A DNA stretch of 64,000 bases. Source: Chiloscyllium plagiosum (lineage: Eukaryota). A program made the translations under genes and the position numbers. Numbering within the stretch: the stretch's first letter is position 1; every line of letters starts with the position of its first letter. The DNA lies in assembly GCF_004010195.1 (NCBI RefSeq), contig NC_057714.1, positions 24,361,097 through 24,425,096 of the forward strand, in the 5' to 3' direction. The notes below the pieces were generated by a model. The model did not search any database. It was not told the origin of the DNA and saw nothing but the letters and a program-made list of their open reading frames with translations. Positions 1-11,009 of the stretch are shown piece after piece.

Positions 1-57
1 AAATGTGTTGCTGGAAAAGCGCAGCAGGTCAGGCAGCATCCAGGGAACAGGAGAATC

Positions 58-85
58 GACGTTTCGGGCATAAGCCCTTCTTCAG
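58..85 (-). ncRNA. Minimal hammerhead ribozyme motif (PLE type)
   Basis: Reverse complement reads CUGAAGA-A-GGGC-UUAU-GCCC-GAAAC-GUC: conserved core, 4-bp stem II, palindromic ACGU mini stem III and GUC triplet. Confidence 0.75.
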
Positions 86-161
86 GAATGAGGAACGTTT
101 GTCCAGCAGGCTACTCCTCCCTACCTATTATCTTAGCCTGCTGGACAAACTTTCCTCATTC

Positions 162-189
162 CTGAAGAAGGGCTTATGCCCGAAACGTC
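162..189 (+). ncRNA. Minimal hammerhead ribozyme motif (PLE type)
   Basis: ctgaaga a gggc ttat gccc gaaac gtc. Predicted cleavage is 3' of C189. Confidence 0.75.
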
Positions 190-289
190 GATTCTCCTGT
201 TCCCTGGATGCTGCCTGACCTGCTGCGCTTTTCCAGCAACACATTTCCAGCTCTGATCTCCAGCATCTGCAGACCTCACTTTCTCTTCT

Positions 290-2290
290 AAAATTAACAA
301 TTCCCTTGTTTAGAATATTTATTCCTGGCCCATCCTTAACCTTTTCCACAACTATACTAAATCTATCTGAATTATGGTCACTATCTCCAAAATTATGCCT
401 CTGCTCTTACACTTTCCACTCGCCTGGGCTTGGTTCCAAATATGATACCTAGAAATGTCCCCTTTCTTGTTGGGTTTTCTGCATACTGGCGAAAAAATGT
501 TCTCCTGGATGGAATTTCAGAATTTTGCTTCCTTCTACCTTGCACATGGAAACTATCCCAGTTTATGTTTGGTTAGTTAAAATCCTTATTATTCTTACCT
601 TTCTCTGAAATTTGATTCCATATTTGACTCTCCGTTTCTCCCTGATTATTTGGGGGCCTATAGTACACATCCAACATTGTGTTTGCCCTTTGATTTTTAA
701 AATTTCGATCCTTATGGCCTCATTTGATGATCTTTTCAACATATTTCCTCACTGCTATTATTGACTCCTCTCAATTAATATTCCCATCTTCTTATCCCTT
801 TTCTATCTTGTCTGATTATCCGATAACTGGAATATTGAGCTGCCCATCTTTCAGCATGTCTCAGTCCAAGCAATAATATCACACTCCTCATGCCTATCTA
901 TGTCCTCAGCTCATCTATCTTATTAGAATTATAGAATCCCTACAGTGTGGAAACATGCCATTCAGCCAACTCTCCAAAGAGTAACCCACTCAGACCCATT
1001 CCCCCTCCCTATTATTCACCTAACCTACACATTTTTGGATCATGGGAGGAAACCGTGGGAGCACCTGGAGGAAACTCACACAGACACAGGGAGAACATAC
1101 AAACACCCGAGGCTGGAATCGAACATAGGTCCTTAGCGCTTTGAGGCAGCAGTGCTAACCACCGAGCCACCATGCCGTCCAAGCTTCTTGAATTAAAATA
1201 TATTCCATTTACCCTTGTAAACACATTTCTTTCTTACCTAATCCATGTTTCCTCTGCTTTCCAGAATCACTTGTGTTTTAATTTTTCATTCCATCTCAGC
1301 TTCTCTCCCACCTGAACTACTTATCGGGATCCCATTCCCCTGCCAATCTAATTTACATCCACCTCAACAGCATCAACAAATCTCCCTCCAAGGACTTGCT
1401 GTAAATCCCACACCTGTTCAGATGTCACCTGCCCAACATGTTCAGGTCGCACCTCTCCCAGAAACAGTTTTAATTCTTCAGCAACCTAAAGTTCTCCTCC
1501 TTGCATCTCTCCAGCGATGCTCTGTTGTTCTATTCTTATACTCACAACTGTGTGGTAATCTGGAGATTGTGATTTTTGAAGTCCTAACTGTACAATTTCC
1601 TACCTAAGTCTGCTTGTAGACCTTATTTCTCTTTCTTCAAAGTCATTGGTCCCAACATGGACCTGACCTTCACCTTCCTCCTCCTGAATGCCCTGTGGTT
1701 CTGTGACATGCAAGGCCTTAATACCCAGGAGACAATGTACCACCTTGGAGTTATGTCCACAGCGACAGAAGTGCCTGTCTACTCCCCTCACTGATGAATC
1801 CCCCACCACTACTGCTCTTCCACATTTCTTCCTCCATCCTGCCAGTCCCAACCCCAAACAGCTGGAACACTGCCTCGGCCCTAGCTGCCTTTCACAGAGG
1901 GACCATCGTTCTCACTAGAAAATACTGAGAAACATCTTCTTCTTGTTTATGTCAGACAAACAACCAGAACTCCTTAACTCTATCAGGTGAAGAAATTTAG
2001 TTGTAAAATTCTAAAGTATTAATTATCTGTGTAAAGTTTTTAAGTTTACTTGAAGCTCAATCTACATCAATAACTGGTCACAAGAGATAAGAGAGAAACT
2101 ACCTGCCAATTACCTTGCTGCTCTCCTGTCACATCACACTCTGATTTTGTTGAACTAGCTCTACTGCCAGTTTATCTGCTCCTGGGGACCTCCGTGCTGT
2201 TGTAGCTCCTTTTAACCTCGTTACCACCATTGCTGAATCCCGTTCGTCTGTCCACTTCCGGTTTGGGAGACTTTATTTAGCTGTGTTAAA
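290..2290 (-). mobile_element. Decayed CR1 LINE 5' part (probable 5'UTR, ORF1 esterase, ORF2 endonuclease), interrupted by a SINE
   Basis: ORF 1600-1857(-) has VVVGDSSVRG...VHVGTND (SGNH/GDSL esterase of CR1 ORF1). 360-930 resembles the endonuclease region at 41780-42400 (gaattatggtcact...). Confidence 0.75.
924..1179 (-). mobile_element. HE1-like tRNA-derived SINE
   Basis: Reverse complement of the head ggtggctcggtggttagcactgctgcctca, B-box ...gttcgattcc, body tttcctccaggtgctcc, and a CR1-like 3' end. Confidence 0.9.
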
Positions 2291-3829
2291 CTCAGGAGAT
2301 CCTTCATAGGAGCCATGATGAAGGCAGAAATTATTTGTTTAAATCTCACTCCCCCCAAAAAAGATGGGAATCCTCCATTTTTTCTGTCAGTGGCGAGAAT
2401 CCTTCATCTTGGCCATGAAAAGCATACGAATCCACCATTACAACCACAAAATGTAAGAAAACATTCTGCTGTACAGCAGCAAAGGAGCAGTAGAACAGCT
2501 ATTACTGTAAAGTAATAGCCTTTTAAACAGGCCCTGTAGTTTCCTACACTTAAAGGGGATGGTAGCCATAATGTTCATCATGAGCAACAGTTTAGACAGT
2601 ACAATGAACTAGCATCAATGGTGCAGTGAATTGGCATGCCCAGACAATATAGCATGCAGCATGCAGATTTGATTTGACAGATCATTGTAACAAAGACCAA
2701 CATCTGTGAGAAAAATAAATAACCTGTCTTTCTTTTAATCTCATTACCTGCTAAATCATTCTTGTTGAGAACTAGCAAACCGACAATGGACTGAATAGCC
2801 TCCTTCTGTGCCATACTGTTTTAATTGTGACTGAAAGATTTTATCTTTCATGGTATGTAAAAGATGTTGTGCACTGATGTATTTAAAAAAAATCCTGAGG
2901 CATCTAGTCTATTATTGAAAGATGTGTATCCATCTTGTAAACTCACATTGGGCAATATTATGTACATTTCCTTTAAAAGTATGCATTAACAAATGTTTAA
3001 CATTCAAAAGATAGCATGTAATGGACTAAAATTTTGTGTTCTCAGAAAAAAGCCATTGCCTACATTATGTGTCATAAATTGACATATTCCTCCCAATAAA
3101 AATGTAAAAAAGTGCTTTAGCTTTTCATCAACCATGACCTTTCACAAAGTAGAGTTGTTTCAGTTTCATTATCAAAATATCAATTGAAAAGAGGGGAATG
3201 GGGGTTAGGCAATTAAGAACAGCACTGGAAGCTTCTGCAAGTGTGCCCATTATCTACATTAGTAACCTGAGATGCTCTCATTTCACTTTTCAATGTACGG
3301 ATAGTGAATCGCTTACTCGATCTCCATCAACATTGCAGAACTTTTCATCAGTGCATTACTCAGTAAGTTGTGACATGATTGCTTTTTGATCTAAATTCCT
3401 GTCTGACATAATGGAGATCGGTGGGACATCAGGACATCTGGAAGCAGTCTTCATGTTCCCAGCTTCCGGGTTTAACTTGGCAATGTTGGGTTATTTGCAT
3501 ATAATCCCCTCAACGGAGTTAGAATGCGGTTAACATACCACAATTGGAGAAATATTTCACAAATTTAATAGCATCTTCACATGCACTCTGAAACTTACCA
3601 GTAAAACTAACATTACAGCAATTCATTTGGCTTATTAAAACTCAGCCAAATACTCAAATAATGTTTATTCTCAGCTGCTTTAGTACCTCTTTGTGAGAAA
3701 GGGTTTTCTCCCAGTTCGTTGGCTGAGAGTTTACCTTCTGCATTATGGAGGTTTTCAGAATTGGAGCTGGATTGGTGACATCTTGATTGCCTTCATTGGC
3801 CAGCACCAACAATGAGCCATTGTTGTCAG

Positions 3830-4458
3830 CTGCAGAGCATCATTGACTAGACACACTCAATATCTGTGTGTCATCAGGTCAACCAGGAATATTTTTAAAC
3901 CTCAAGGGCTTCCACTTCAATCACACACAACAAAGAGGAACTAGACAGGGTAAGTGCAAGAATGCTGTTCTTGATGACTGGTGAGTCCAGAACCAGGGGT
4001 CATAGTCTAAAGATACCAGATGGGCCATTTGGGTCTGAGTTGAGGAGAAATTCCTTCACTTTCAAATGGTGAGCCTATTGAATTCTTTGCCTCAGAACGT
4101 GGTTGAAGACAAAACATTGAATGTTTTCAAGGAGTTAGATATAGCTCTTGGGACTAAAGTGATTAAAGAGTATAGGGAGAAAGTGGAAGAGGCAAGAAGT
4201 TAGATGATCAGACATAATCATGTTGAATGCCAGAGTAGACTCGAAGGGCCAATGGCCTTTTCCTGCTACCGTGTTCTATGTTTCTATGAAATATTCAGCT
4301 GGGACGAGATGCTGAGTAGACATTAACTTGGAAGAATCTGAACAGGAGGAGGAACAGAAAGAAGAGTAGGAAGATGAACAAGGTGGAAAGACCTGTTGTA
4401 GCTCGCCTTGCTGCCCATGGTGTGAGAAATGCCCCTAATAATGCAAGGTTCAGTTAGG
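3830..4458 (+). pseudogene. PIF/Harbinger transposase relic, split by a CR1 fragment
   Basis: 3833-3920 translates as QSIID*TH...SGQPGIFLNLKGFH, matching the DDE_Tnp_4 pattern G.IDCTH...F.NRKGFHS. 4340-4458 is the typical acidic C-terminus ending ...NARFS*. Confidence 0.6.
3932..4289 (+). mobile_element. CR1 LINE 3' fragment
   Basis: gagtccagaaccaggggtcatagtctaa...gagttagatatagctctt..., ending in gttctatgtttctatg. Confidence 0.85.
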
Positions 4459-4756
4459 CAATGCTGGATTGATGGCAAAGCCACCAGCAATCCTGACTTT
4501 TCTCTATTGCTGCCTCTTCCCGATGACTAATGTCATTGGCACAAAGCACTCCTGAAAACAATCAACTATCCATTGCAGTTTGTGTCATGTTCCTGGTCAA
4601 CTTATTTCTTTCCAATCATTGTCTAACTACTGAAAAGTGAGCTGTTTCCAGCTACAAGGCAGCGCATTATGCAAAATTGTTGAAAGTAATGCATCTTCCA
4701 TGATTCTACTTAAGAACAAAAGCTTGAAAGTAGAAACTTCAAATGTCAAAGTACGT

Positions 4757-4995
4757 AGAACATAGAACATAGAAGAATACAGCGCAGAACAAGCCCTTCG
4801 GCCCTCAATGTTGCGCCGACCTGTGAACTATTCTCAGCTCGTCCCCCTAGACTATCCCATCATCATCTATGTGCTTATCTAAGGATTGTTAAATCTCCCT
4901 AATGTAGCTGAGTTGACTACATTAGCAGGTAGGGTATTCCACGCCCTTACCACTCTCTGCGTAAAGAACCTGCCTCTGATGTATGTTTTAAATCT
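4757..4995 (-). mobile_element. CR1 LINE 3' end (young; same subfamily as 39417-42605)
   Basis: Encodes RFKTYIRGRFFTQRVVRAWNTLP, with a (tagaaca)n tail. Near-identical to 39417-39650. Confidence 0.9.
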
Positions 4996-5775
4996 GTTAC
5001 TAGACTGGGAACAGCCACAGCAGAACAGTGGAGGGCATTCAAAAAGGTATTCAGGAGAGTACAGGCCCAACATGTTCCCTTTAGGATGAAATTTAGGAAG
5101 AACAACTGTGAGGTTCTCAATAGATTGACATAGGGAGTGAAGAGGTATTAAATATTTTGGCAAACTTAAAAGTGAACAAATCAGCAGGTCTGGATGAGTT
5201 ATATCCCAGTCTGCTGTGAGAGATGAGGAAGGAAATTACGGGGGCGCTGACTCAAATCTTTTGTTCCTCTTTGGTCAAGGGAGGTGCTAGAGGACTGGAG
5301 GTCAGCTAATGTGACTCCACATTTCTGGAAGGGTGGTAGACACAAACAAGGGAATTACAGACTAGTGAGCCTCATCTCAGTGGTAGGGAAACTATTGGAG
5401 AAAATTCTGAAGAGGTAAGGGGAGGTAAGGTTTGATCAGGGATAGTCAGCATGGTTTTGTCAGAGTGAAGTCATGCCTAATAAATTTGAGAGAATCTTTT
5501 GAGGAGATGACCATGAGAGAAATGCAGTTGTTGTAGTTTATATGGATTTCAGCAAGGCCTTTCACAAGATCCCATGGGAGGCCAATAAAGAAGGTAAAAG
5601 CTCATGGTATCCAGGGTAACTTGGTAAGTTGAACCCAAAATTAGTTCAGTGATAGGAGACAGACACTGAAAGGTTGTGTCCAGTGGCATGCCACAGGGAT
5701 CAATCCTTGGTCCCTTAATGTTTGTGATATGTATAAATGATATAGAAGAGATTATGAAGGTTTGATAAGTGAGTT
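4996..5775 (+). mobile_element. Decayed CR1 ORF2 (RT) fragment
   Basis: Recognisable motifs WRSANV.P.F.KG, GNYRLVSL.SVVGKLLE, VVYMDFSKAF and PQGSILGPL.FVI, with stops and frameshifts. Confidence 0.85.
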
Positions 5776-5779
5776 TAAG

Positions 5780-6860
5780 GGAAAAACACACAGTGAGGGT
5801 AAATGTTTCCAGATAGCAAGGTGGATGCCTGATGTAAGGCTTCTGACCCCCTTCAAGGGACAGGACGCAGATCTGACAGGAGAACAAGAGAAACGTATGA
5901 GCATTGATGGGAAGATTGGATATCCACAGCCATCTTGTGAGAAAATTTGCTAATTCTTGTTGCACATCAAGCATCAATGTCTTCATAAAACCTTGGGTGT
6001 GAGCACTTGTGACACTAACAAACTGTCATGTTTTTCAATGAACCTCCAGATCCCAATCCCAAGCCAGACCAAAAAGAAAGAACAGCTCTGGCTTCCAGGC
6101 CCATCTCTAACAGCTCCTCAAAATACATCTATGAGGGTAATAGGCACGAGGCTCAGAAATGCACAGTTAAGGCCCTTCTCCACACCCTGCATCCGCACAG
6201 AGACATTCACACCAGTGGATGATCTATCTGGTGTAGGGTCAGAGCAAGGTGAGCATTGCACTGGCACAGATCCACAGGTAGAGGTGTAAGAAATGACTGA
6301 GGTCTCTGACTGTCTGAAGACTGCTGGAGAATAGACCCTTGCTGAATCCAAAGCTGCCAGAGACCATGCACAGACTGAGCGACCAACTGATTCTGTGTTT
6401 GACCTCCTCGTGGAAAGTATGGTGTGTGGGGTGGTAGCGAGTGCTGCAGAGGGGGTGCTGCTGCTCTGGAGAGCCATATCCATGAGAACAATTAATATCT
6501 GCTGGATATCTTCACTTCACTCGATCAGCCATGAATGCCTTCAGTTACTGAGAGGGGGTTGAGAGCTTTTGACCTCCCTCCAACTCATCATGGGCTGAGG
6601 AAGATGCTATTGCCTACAGACAGAAAGGTTGAACGACAGACTGATGTCCAGGAGTTTTCACCTCAATTTACTTTAGAGCTGGCTTGCACACAGTCTGTTC
6701 TCCACCAAGGACTCAACACATTCACTAGGTCAGGCCAAAGAGGTCACACTTTCACGAGTGCAGGAGATTCTCAGCAGGTCAGTGCCCATTCTACCCTGAT
6801 CTACCAGAGCGTCATCTGAGGCAAACTGGAAAAGTAGTCGGCAAGCTTTCTCAGGCTCAG
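5780..6860 (-). mobile_element. Probable Harbinger second-ORF (Myb/SANT protein C-terminal part) relic
   Basis: Ser/Thr-rich degenerate reading frames on the minus strand, converging on the transposase relic. No diagnostic motif is seen. Confidence 0.3.
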
Positions 6861-7056
6861 TTGTGGCTGCCAAAATGGCAGAAACCTGGGTTCGATTCCA
6901 ACCTCAGGTGACTGTCTGTCTGTGCGGAGTTTTCACATTCTCCCCGTGTCTGTATGGGTTTCCTCCGGGTGCTCTGATTTCCTCCCACAGACCAAAGATG
7001 TGCAGGTTACGTGGATTGGCAGGTTATGTGGATTGGCCATGCAAAATTACTCAGTA

Positions 7057-7261
7057 GGAGAAAGTGAGGTCTGCAGATGCTGGAGATCAGAGATGGAAAT
7101 GTGTTGCTGGAAAAGCGCAGCAGGTCAGGCAGTATCTAGGGAACAGGAGAATCGACGTTTCGGGCATTAGCCTGAAGAAGGGCTAATGCCCGAAACGTCG
7201 ATTCTCCTGTTCCCTAGATGCTGCCTGACCTGCTGCGCTTTTCCAGCAACACATTTCCATC
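7057..7261. mobile_element. PLE pseudo-LTR fold-back with hammerhead and 15-bp TSD
   Basis: Exact TSD caaaattactcagta at 7042-7056 and 7262-7276. Inverted arms are centred near 7175, and the tail is on the left arm only. Confidence 0.92.
7172..7199 (+). ncRNA. Minimal hammerhead ribozyme motif
   Basis: ctgaaga a gggc taat gccc gaaac gtc. Confidence 0.75.
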
Positions 7262-7709
7262 CAAAATTACTCAGTATCCAGGCATGGGTGGGCAGGTATG
7301 TTGGATGTTCTGTGGGAGATGGGGGGAATCGGTGTGGACTCGATGGGCTGAATGGCCTGCTTCCACACTGTAGGGATTCTATAAAGATGTAATGGTAGGA
7401 AAAGAAAGATTGAAGTCACTTTTTGTTGCACCTTCTGTACAACCTGGCACCTACTGAGCAATTTCTACAACAGTCTCTTTCAATCTGTTTAAGTTTTGGA
7501 TTGTTTATGTTATTTAGACTACCTTGAGGGGCACTGATTACTGTACTGTGGAGGTGTGCCCAGAATGCCAAGGATGTCATTCACTGCTGCCAACTAGAAG
7601 GAGCATAACTCTCAAGTGGGATTTCAGATGTCAATAACCAAGGCTTAGCACCTCTATATCTCTGAGATCGCTGGATGCCCCAAGCAAAATGGGGTTTAAG
7701 GAGAAGATA

Positions 7710-7850
7710 CACAAATTTTTAATCAGTAACACATTGAAGGGTTATGGAGAGCGAGAAGGAAAGTGGAGTCAAGGCCAAGAGGAGATCAGCCATGACTATA
7801 CAAAATGGTGGAGCTGAATTGACTATGCCTGCTTCTAATACTTATATTCT
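7710..7850 (+). mobile_element. CR1 3' end fragment
   Basis: gaagggttatggagag...gatcagccatga...ctatgcctgcttctaatacttat is a typical CR1 3'UTR. Confidence 0.7.
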
Positions 7851-9524
7851 TTTGTTGAGTTATGTTGTGCATCTCGCATGTAATTCTGCATGACTTCATA
7901 ATGATGCTGTGGCTAGGAAACTGAACAGGAGATTATTGAGTCAAAGGAAACAAAAGATCTTCCAGTTAATGGCACACAAAGACCCAGATATTCCAGTCAG
8001 GGTCAGATTTCTCATTTCATTCCATGATTGATTAAAGCTCGTCACTGGGCAGCTTTTGCAATGTAGATTTCTGGATAGAAGAATTCCTGTTGTGAACCTG
8101 TTCTAAAATCCAGGAATCCAGCAGCAAAGAAAAAATTTGCTGCAAACACATCCCATTCTGCAGTCGTCAGTGTACCCTGGGATATGGGTTAATTAGCTAG
8201 CAGCCCAGCCAGGTACTTTGACAGCAGCTGTGGAAGAATAAGTATGTAACTGTGAGGTTTGAGTGGTGATTGGTTAGGAGGTTAGGGTACAAGTTGGGCA
8301 GGGTGCCAGGTAAATGGGGTGCAAAGCAAGTGATGGTGTGCTGAGGGTAGCTTGAGGCTGGGGAGATGGTGCTGAGTTTTGCAGCATGGTGAGGCATGCC
8401 ATCTGTGTTGGGTATCAAACCGGTGCCAGGGGTGTCACTTTGTGGGGTGCCAGGTGGAGGGAGGAGGATGTTGGGTCCAGTGGTCAGACCAACAGCAGAT
8501 CTGGGAATGGGTGGTGTGTCTGGAAAGGGGATGGAATTGTGTTTGGTGGGTACGGGACAGTTGATCTGCTCTGGGTATTGGTTGTCAAGGAGTTGGGCAT
8601 AGTTGGGGGATGGGAGGTGAATAGTGAGGTGGACATTTATTTTAGCTAGTTGTTTAGTTGAGTTGGTTTTTAATACTCTTTTTTTTCCTGGGTCACTATT
8701 AGCTTAACTGAGTAGGAACCCTTGAATTAATAGACTGTTTTGGACGGTTCCATATAAAGCAGGTTGTCCATCAGGATTTTCAATTTCCCAGGCAATTCCC
8801 ACACAGTCTGCATCCATGTGATCCTACCATGCAATTCTAACCATTCTCAGAATATCTGGGCCATTGTTTCCTTTTTAACATCTTAAAAGTAATGAAGCTA
8901 ACATTCCCTTGAGGGAAGGAGCACCACATTTTCTCAGAGTTCTGATTGTCCACTTCTGTTAATGATAGTCAATCCCCTCACATCAAATGATGTTATATTA
9001 CAGTTCACTTGGGAAGTCTGGCTGTCTTTGGCACTTTTTACCATGGTGTCACAGATAGCGATAATAGAGGCTCTGATGTTCTTTTCATTACATGTCTGCC
9101 AAGGAATCTCTCCACTCTTATTGCTTGACACTGGTGTTTGTTGGAAGGATTTGTGCATGGATACAGTTGGCTGTGTTAAGAATGCACCTCCCTGGGGCAG
9201 GATTTTATTCTGGAATTTCTTGCTCAGAGGCAGGAATGTTACCCGCTGCACCACAAAACCTCCTTGTAAAATAAAGGGCCTGTGTTGAAATCCTTTGCAA
9301 TTCATAATGTTTTGATGAAGACATGGATAGCAATGGTGCTGATTATTTTATTTCTCCAGATAACAGTGATTATTGACTATTATATGGTATAGCTAATACC
9401 AAGTACCAAGAATAAACTGAAAATTTGGGAGAACCAGAGTGACATATAAGAGTGTATAATATTTTGTTCCCTCCCTCCAATTTAGTCAGCCATACAAGGA
9501 ACAATTTTCCTAGCAATTCTGTCA

Positions 9525-9805
9525 GGATGGTATGGTGGCTCAGTGGTTAGCACCGCTACCTTACAGTACTAGAGATCTAGGTTCAATCTCAGGCAACTGT
9601 CTGCGTGGAACTTGCACATTCTCTCTGTGTCCTCCCACAGTCCAAAAATGTGCAGGTTAGGTGGATTGGCCATGTTAAACTGCTCATAGTGTTCAGAGGT
9701 GTACAAGTTAGGTGGATTAGCCGTTGGTCTTGGTGGGATGCTCTTTGGAGAGTTGGTGTAGACTTATTGGGTTGAATGGCCTGTTTCCACACTGTATGGA
9801 TTCTA
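9525..9805 (+). mobile_element. HE1-like SINE
   Basis: ggtggctcagtggttagcacc head, ggttcaatc B-box and tggcctgtttccacactgta end. Confidence 0.9.
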
Positions 9806-11009
9806 TTAATTGTACTCTAGGGTCTTTGATTATTTTTGTGTTTGAATGATTAGAAATTCATACGATTGTGGCATATTTTGCATACCCCTAAAATTGTGGT
9901 TTCATGTTAGATTCTGTTCCAATTATGTATGACGGATTAGAAGTACAAGTGCTGTTAACCTAGTCACCTTACAATTTATTTTTAATTGACAATACAATAT
10001 CTGGGTCTAATTTATCAAAGAATGCTCATGGGCATCAGCTTCTAGACACAGCAGATAATTTGATTGAATATTGCAAAAGAATAACTATGTATTTATGTCT
10101 AATGCAACCCATCTTCATTTTTATGAATGCTTCTGACTGAACTGATTGTATATAAATCAACTCTTGTAGACAAAAACACATGAAAAATACTCAAATTCCA
10201 CCATCTAAAAATATTTCTTCCTTCTGATCAAAAGTAAAATTAATACAGGGTAGAATTAGATGAAGCTTCTGGAATAAGTGGTCAAAATTTAATTCAGATT
10301 GTATGCCATTACTTGTTACACTATGGCCAAAGATTAAAAGCAACCAAAATGAAAATATTGGTCACAGTTGCAAATTATCATTAACTCCTTCAGCCTGTGT
10401 CATTAAAAGAATCTTTCAGTATTGTATGATTAAGTCATAGCTTAACCAATCAGTGAAAGTGGCTTAAACTACAATCTGCTCGAACCATAGTTGAGAATCA
10501 CTGTCCCTTTGGTTTGACTTTAAACAGGGTTGACCTTTAATGTTAAGATCTTTCCAGTTCACATTATCACAATGCTAAATGGTAATGAATTCTCCATAAG
10601 TAGTCTTCTTATGAAAGACAATCCCGCATCCATGGGAATAGCAGACAAATTCCTCTCAGCAAAACAAGAACCAGCAAAGCACTTTGCATCATTGGCCTCC
10701 ATGGACAGCTAATAGATCACTTGTTACCTAAAACGACAATGTTGAATGTGTGCGCTTGGAGACTTCACCAATTTGTGCTTGACGTTTCCAATCTGAATGG
10801 GACTTAATAAGTGGATTCAAGCAGCATAGTACTGTTCGGCCAGGTGACCTGCTGACCCAATTTCAGGTCTCCTAAATATCATCGAGGGTAGCTGGTGAGC
10901 CTTCTCAAATATAAGGTGGATAATTGTGATTTGAATTTCCCTTGCACTAATTTGTTAAATTTACCTCATTATACAATACTAAGTAGGTTTCGATTTTATA
11001 TATATATAT

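Larger units (their letters stand above)
1..285. mobile_element. Penelope-like pseudo-LTR fold-back (inverted pair), left end cut by the window edge
   Basis: 1-113 is the near-perfect reverse complement of 134-246. The sequence matches the 3' end of the GIY-YIG PLE at 21283-21422. The right arm continues into the tail ...tgatctccagcatctgcagacctcactttctc. Confidence 0.9.
6862..7383 (+). mobile_element. HE1-like SINE interrupted by a PLE fold-back
   Basis: gggttcgattcc B-box, ggtttcctccgggtgctc body, and 3' end aatggcctgcttccacactgtagggattcta. Confidence 0.9.

Noticed and set aside
1-246. Long hairpin as a pre-miRNA or MITE
   Set aside because: The arms match the PLE 3' terminus, and siblings have variable 10-15 bp TSDs and asymmetric ends, unlike DNA-transposon MITEs.
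3-349. Identical peptide MCCWKSAAGQAASREQENRRFGHK in several ORFs on both strands
   Set aside because: It is the antisense translation of the noncoding PLE pseudo-LTR, not a peptide gene family.
8934-9305. Overlapping 108-123 aa ORFs
   Set aside because: No recognisable motif or splice support, and the length is compatible with chance.
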